Assembly (NCBI GenBank): GCA_040388985.1
Contig: JAZKAU010000002.1
Location: 119,642 to 183,641 of the forward strand
Direction: 5' to 3'
Length of the DNA stretch: 64,000 nucleotides
DNA from: Patescibacteria group bacterium
GTDB taxonomy: Bacteria; Patescibacteriota; Minisyncoccia; Phycocordibacterales; Phycocordibacteraceae
Part shown: positions 59,570 to 64,000 of the stretch, piece after piece
Numbering within the stretch: position 1 is the first letter of the stretch
Layout: every line of letters begins with the position of its first letter
The notes under the pieces: generated by a model
What the model saw: only the letters and a program-made list of their open reading frames with translations
Told to the model about the DNA's origin: nothing
The model's database searches: none
Program-made: the position numbers and the translations under genes

Positions 59570-59660
59570 TGCGGCACGCGTTTCGGATGGGAGATCCGCG
59601 TGCCGCTTAGGGGCCAGGTCTGCGAAGATCTGGCTCTTAACTTTTAGGTATACTACGGCT

Positions 59661-60083
59661 ATGAATTACATCCTCTACGCTGACGGCGGCGCGCGCGGGA
59701 ATCCGGGACCCGCAGGTGCAGGCGCAGTCGTTTTCGATAACATCGGGAAGCGCGTCGCAGAAGTCTCTGACTATCTGGGAACAGCAACTAATAATGTTGC
59801 CGAGTATGAGGCGCTCCTGCGCGGGCTCAAGAGTCTGCGTGATGCCTTCGATGAAGGGCACTTCGCTCACGCTACCCTTACTATTCGCATGGACAGTAAG
59901 CTCGTAATCGAACAGCTCAAGGGCGCGTACAAGGTGAAACATCCGAATCTCGTACCGCGCTATCTCGAAGTGAAGAACTTGATCGCGCGCAGTTTCTCGC
60001 ACGTTACCTATGAACACGTGCGACGTGAATTCAACACTGATGCTGATGCGCTTGCCAACGAGGCAATGGATAGAGGCGCGTAG
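59661..60083 (+). CDS. rnhA: Ribonuclease HI
   Basis: DGGARGNPGPAG, TNNVAEY, DSKLV, HVRRE.N..AD.LAN. Confidence 0.95.
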   Translation: MNYILYADGGARGNPGPAGAGAVVFDNIGKRVAEVSDYLGTATNNVAEYEALLRGLKSLRDAFDEGHFAHATLTIRMDSKLVIEQLKGAYKVKHPNLVPRYLEVKNLIARSFSHVTYEHVRREFNTDADALANEAMDRGA

Positions 60084-60144
60084 AGAGATTTCTCAGGAAT
60101 AGTTGAGAGACTCTCAGGATTAATTTTACATAGGCGGGAGTAAG

Positions 60145-61671
60145 ATGAGGCCGATGCGAAGCGTCGGCCTGTATATATTCGTGAGCGCGTTCTCGCTTAC
60201 CGTAGTAAGCGAGTCATTCGTCGCGCTTCCGTGGGAGTACGGTATCTTCGCGCTCGTGCTCGTTACTTCATTCACGTTCGTTCGCAGTCGCAGTCACATC
60301 CCTGCGTATAGCTTCATGGTGGGCGTCGCAATCGCTATCGCCATCCTGCGCATGAGTATGATTCCTGCGCACCTACCCGAAGCCTTCGAGTCGCTTGTTG
60401 ACCGGAAGGTCGTGCTTGAGGGCAGTGTCGTCGCGCTTCCGGATATGCGCGAGAGCGAGAACAGAGTCACGGTCGAAGTAACGAAAGACCGTGGGAGAAC
60501 ACGCATCATCGCTGCAGTACCGCTCTACCCGTCAGTACACGTGGGTGACCGCATACGGGTCTCCGGCGTCTTGAAGAAACCACAGCCCTTTGCGACTGAC
60601 GGCGGACGCACATTCGCGTACGATGCCTTCCTGCGCAAGGACGGAGTCTATGCTCTCATGCAGCCAGCTTCGGCAGAGAGTATGGGGGAAGACGGGCGAC
60701 TCACGCTCAGATTCTTGCGAGTCCTCGAGTATATAAAAGACGCATTTATAGAGCTGCTTACTCGCGCGCTTCCCGAGCCCGAGAGCGCGCTCGCTGCTGG
60801 GCTCGTCGTTGGGGGCAAGCAAGGTCTAGGGAAGATTCTGCTCGAGGCGTTTACGACCGCAGGAATGCTCCAGATAGTCGTACTTTCCGGGTATAACGTC
60901 ATGATAGTCGCAGAAACTATCTTCCGCGCGCTTTCGAGATTCCCGAGACGTGCGGCGGGCCTGGTCGCCGGAGCAAGCATCATCTGCTTCGTGCTTGCGG
61001 CTGGCGCAGGCTCTTCCGCGCTTCGAGCCGGACTCATGGCACTGTTCGCAATCAGCGCGCGGGCGTCAGGAAAGAAGTATCAAGTACTGCGCATCCTTAC
61101 CATCACGTTCTTCTTGCTCGCGCTATGGAATCCGCTCCTCATCGTGTACGATCCAGGATTCCAGTTCTCCTTCCTCGCTACGCTCGGGCTGATCATTGGT
61201 TCTCCAATGCTTGAAATACGTCTCGTTCGTCTGCGAAGCCCGTTCTTGCGCGAGGCCGTCGCGACTACGCTTGCCGCTCAGATAGGCGTCCTGCCACTTT
61301 TACTCTGGCAAACAGGGAATCTATCGCTCGTTGCCGTACCTGCTAATGTGCTCGCGATGCCGGCTATACCCTTTGCTATGGGACTGAGCACCCTTGCCGC
61401 TCTTGTGGCCACTCCGCTCGGACTTCTCTTGAGTACGCTCCCGCTTGTCGCAGGCTTTCCCGCGTACGTGCTCCTGTCCTATGTCATACATGTCGCGACC
61501 ATAGCTGCTGCGTTACCGCTCGCGCAGGTCATCCTGCCAGCCTTTTCGTTCTGGTGGGTGGTATTCGCGTATGCACTGCTTACCGTGATCGTTGTCCGAG
61601 CGCAACGACTCGGCCCCGCGCCGGTAGGCGCGGGGCCGAGGAACCCCATCAAACCTTCTGCGTATGCCTAG
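60145..61671 (+). CDS. comEC: ComEC competence channel (DUF4131/OB + competence domain)
   Basis: GMLQIVVLSGYNV, S.LRAGLM, DPGFQFSF.AT, N.L..P. Confidence 0.9.
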   Translation: MRPMRSVGLYIFVSAFSLTVVSESFVALPWEYGIFALVLVTSFTFVRSRSHIPAYSFMVGVAIAIAILRMSMIPAHLPEAFESLVDRKVVLEGSVVALPDMRESENRVTVEVTKDRGRTRIIAAVPLYPSVHVGDRIRVSGVLKKPQPFATDGGRTFAYDAFLRKDGVYALMQPASAESMGEDGRLTLRFLRVLEYIKDAFIELLTRALPEPESALAAGLVVGGKQGLGKILLEAFTTAGMLQIVVLSGYNVMIVAETIFRALSRFPRRAAGLVAGASIICFVLAAGAGSSALRAGLMALFAISARASGKKYQVLRILTITFFLLALWNPLLIVYDPGFQFSFLATLGLIIGSPMLEIRLVRLRSPFLREAVATTLAAQIGVLPLLLWQTGNLSLVAVPANVLAMPAIPFAMGLSTLAALVATPLGLLLSTLPLVAGFPAYVLLSYVIHVATIAAALPLAQVILPAFSFWWVVFAYALLTVIVVRAQRLGPAPVGAGPRNPIKPSAYA

Positions 61672-61681
61672 AAGCGCCGCA

Positions 61682-62278
61682 CTAGACGGCTTCCGAGAGG
61701 AATCGTCGCTCAACGACGCTCCAGTTGAGGTTATCGAGGAAAGCGTCCACATAAGACTTCTTCTCAGCTGGCTTGTAGTCGACCATGAAGGCGTGCTCCC
61801 AGAGGTCGAGCGCGAGCAAGACCGGAAGCCCCGAAAGCTGACCGAGCTGATGGTCGTCCACCCAGGCGGTGTGGAGCGTCGGACCTGCCGGGTCGAAGTA
61901 GGTGACTACCCAGCCGATGCCGCGGGTGCCTGCGACTTCCTTGAGGTGCGACACGAATCCGTCCCAGCTTCCGTACTTCTGCGCCGCCGCATCCGCGAGT
62001 GCCGAATCGCTTGCTGCGGATGTCGACCCGCCTTCGAACTGCTCGAAGTAGTATTCATGCATTCGCATGCCGTCGAATTCGAAACCGAAGCGACGTCTGA
62101 GCTCGTTAATGAGGTATGCATTTCCTTCGGCGTCCTCTTCGCGAAGTTTCGCGATCGTATCCATGATGAGATTGCTGTGCTTCACGTATCCCTCGTAGAG
62201 AGCGAGGTGGACGGCGATCTGGTCCTTAGAAAGTCCTTTGAGCTCGGGGAGCTCGAATGTCCGTACGGGATAGGTCAT
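61682..62278 (-). CDS. sod: Fe/Mn superoxide dismutase
   Basis: H..LYEGYV, HEYYF, GIGWV, LDLWEHAF. Confidence 0.93.
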   Translation of the reverse strand: MTYPVRTFELPELKGLSKDQIAVHLALYEGYVKHSNLIMDTIAKLREEDAEGNAYLINELRRRFGFEFDGMRMHEYYFEQFEGGSTSAASDSALADAAAQKYGSWDGFVSHLKEVAGTRGIGWVVTYFDPAGPTLHTAWVDDHQLGQLSGLPVLLALDLWEHAFMVDYKPAEKKSYVDAFLDNLNWSVVERRFLSEAV

Positions 62279-62460
62279 AAAAGTGGTGCTATCGACTGGT
62301 ATACGATCAGTATACCCCGTATGGAAGCCTCATCGGAGCAGATAAATTACTCTGTGAGCTATCTGTGGCACGTGCGCAAGCATATATTCCAATACGGTGA
62401 GTCGGTCCAAACTGCCATACGGGGTATATGCCTGCGCCTGATGATATGCTCATGAACAGT

Positions 62461-63333
62461 ATGGCGTCTCTTTCCCGTGGACTCACTCTGAAGCATCTCG
62501 CGTGTCTTGCTCTTGCTGGACTCAATATCTATGTCTGGACGGCATATGCCCGACCAGCGCCCGCGAATCTCCGCGTTTCAGTGCTCGACATCGGACAAGG
62601 CGATTCGATACTCATTCAGGGACCCACCGGCATACAGATGCTCGTTGATGGCGGACCAGACCACTCAGTACTCCGGCAGCTTCCGAGAGAGATGGGTCTC
62701 TTCGACCGTTCCATCGATATGCTCGTTGAGACGCATCCGGACAAGGATCACATCGCAGGGCTCGCTGACGTCTTTGACCGCTATCAGGTCTCCTATTTCA
62801 TGAGTCCGGGTATTCCGAATGACACGTCACCGGTGAGGGCGCTCGAGCATGCTGCCCTAAGTGAGCCAAATCTCCAGACGCTTATCGCGCGCCGCGGCAT
62901 GCGCGTTCATCTGGGCGGCACTGCCTATGCCGACATTCTCTTTCCCGATCGCGACGAGTCGACTCAGACAGCGACGAACGACGGCTCCATCGTCATGCAC
63001 GTGGTATACGGAACGACGTCCTTCATGCTTACGGGTGACCTGCCGTCTAAAGAAGAGGACTACCTGGTCGCGCTTGATGCAGGTGACGGGAACCTTCCCA
63101 GCACCGTACTCAAAGCAGGGCATCATGGCTCTAAGTATTCGACTGATGACACGTGGCTCGCGAGCGTGCACCCCAGCATCGTTGCCATCTCAGCTGGAGC
63201 GAATAATCAGTATGGACATCCGAATCCTGAGACTCTTGAACGCATCCGTACGGAAGGCGCGCAGATAGTCTCCACCATCGATAGAGGTACCTTGCACTTC
63301 GTGAGCGATGGAACTTCCGTAGTTCTCAAATAG
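62461..63333 (+). CDS. ComEC-type metallo-beta-lactamase domain protein
   Basis: LDIGQGDS, THPDKDHIAG, NDGS, TGD, KAGHHGSK, N.YGHP. Confidence 0.9.
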   Translation: MASLSRGLTLKHLACLALAGLNIYVWTAYARPAPANLRVSVLDIGQGDSILIQGPTGIQMLVDGGPDHSVLRQLPREMGLFDRSIDMLVETHPDKDHIAGLADVFDRYQVSYFMSPGIPNDTSPVRALEHAALSEPNLQTLIARRGMRVHLGGTAYADILFPDRDESTQTATNDGSIVMHVVYGTTSFMLTGDLPSKEEDYLVALDAGDGNLPSTVLKAGHHGSKYSTDDTWLASVHPSIVAISAGANNQYGHPNPETLERIRTEGAQIVSTIDRGTLHFVSDGTSVVLK

Positions 63334-63429
63334 GGTCCATATGGCATCCCCGATACGCACCAAGCTTCGTTGACACTCTTTCCACACAGGCGTTAACTCA
63401 AGAGAGGAAGTCTTGTAAGGATTTTTGCG

Positions 63430-63714
63430 ATGGAAGAAGCTGCTTCGGCTGGATTCTTTGCGCAAGGATCCGAGTCACAACCACAACAAACAGGGAGGAA
63501 ATACGAATTTGAGTTCGTCAGGCAGGATACGAAAGCGTACCTGACGCGCACGATCTCGTTTACCGCTTCGAATGATGAGGCGGCAATCGATGCGGCGTAT
63601 CGTACGTTTGGACTCAAGAAAAGGGACCCGTACGAGTTTCATCTGCTAGGCGGGATCGAAGTGCGCTATGTTCCCCCGAATGGGCAACGAAGGGTGAGGA
63701 TCCACCCACGATAA
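63430..63714 (+). CDS. Hypothetical protein
   Basis: 94 aa, TAAGGA SD. Confidence 0.55.
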   Translation: MEEAASAGFFAQGSESQPQQTGRKYEFEFVRQDTKAYLTRTISFTASNDEAAIDAAYRTFGLKKRDPYEFHLLGGIEVRYVPPNGQRRVRIHPR

Positions 63715-63827
63715 AAGATCAGAGGAGAGGAAATGAGAACCCGGCGCCAGAGGCGCCGGTAATGTGTAATTAGACGAAAAAGGGGAAATCGGATATGGTT
63801 CTCGGAGTCGTTCTATAGGGGGTGGAT

Positions 63828-64000
63828 ATGATGCAGGTTGCAACTGCCGCGTCCGGCGGCTCCATGCAAAGATTCGGTGTGAGTCGACAGCAGACGCGAA
63901 TGAACTTCGAGCTCAAACGGACGGTGGGCGGGGAAACCGTAATCGAACCGTTCACCGCGTTCGGCCTCAGTGAGGCGATTACTGAAGCCTTCGCGCGTCT
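63828..64000 (+). CDS. Hypothetical protein, partial; possible paralog of 63430-63714
   Basis: MMQVAT...NFELKR...FTAFGLSEAITEAFAR, open to the window end; GGGGGTGG SD-like sequence. Confidence 0.45.
   Translation, partial: MMQVATAASGGSMQRFGVSRQQTRMNFELKRTVGGETVIEPFTAFGLSEAITEAFAR

Noticed and set aside
1-64000. CRISPR array, cas genes or rRNA
   Set aside because: No regularly spaced direct repeats, cas-like ORFs or rRNA sequence were seen.
1-64000. Genetic code 25 (TGA=Gly)
   Set aside because: Conserved genes such as pcrA, xer, lysA and tpiA end properly at TGA and are not fragmented.

Overview
The window looks like chromosomal DNA from a Patescibacteria/CPR (Parcubacteria-like) bacterium using genetic code 11. 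This is inferred from gene content: VirB6/TrbL-like and Pro-rich membrane proteins, a split ComEC, ComM, a PilB/GspE paralog, only scattered metabolic genes, and many TrmB-type regulators. Housekeeping genes include rsmA, pcrA, rpsO, a xer recombinase, xth, cca, rarA, hup, rny, clpP, ppa, nusA, tpiA, pgk, recJ, rnhA and sod, plus four tRNAs (Arg-TCG, Gly-GCC, Pro-TGG, Gly-TCC). The main observations are: (1) nine paralogous wHTH/TrmB-like regulators, each divergent from a different cargo gene across an AT-rich spacer, several spacers sharing TTGACAAA(A)TAT-type motifs; (2) an ORF-free ~340-nt structured ncRNA candidate next to a parS cluster and a 68-bp perfect palindrome, with an oriC-like DnaA-box cluster ~4.5 kb away; (3) two families of diverged, covarying palindromic intergenic elements, one overlapping upstream stop codons; (4) pervasive leaderless architecture (TANNNT-N6-ATG); (5) possible host-type genes: an OMP-like beta-barrel and a CtrA-like pseudo-receiver. 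All calls come from reading the sequence and recalled family motifs; no database searches were run.
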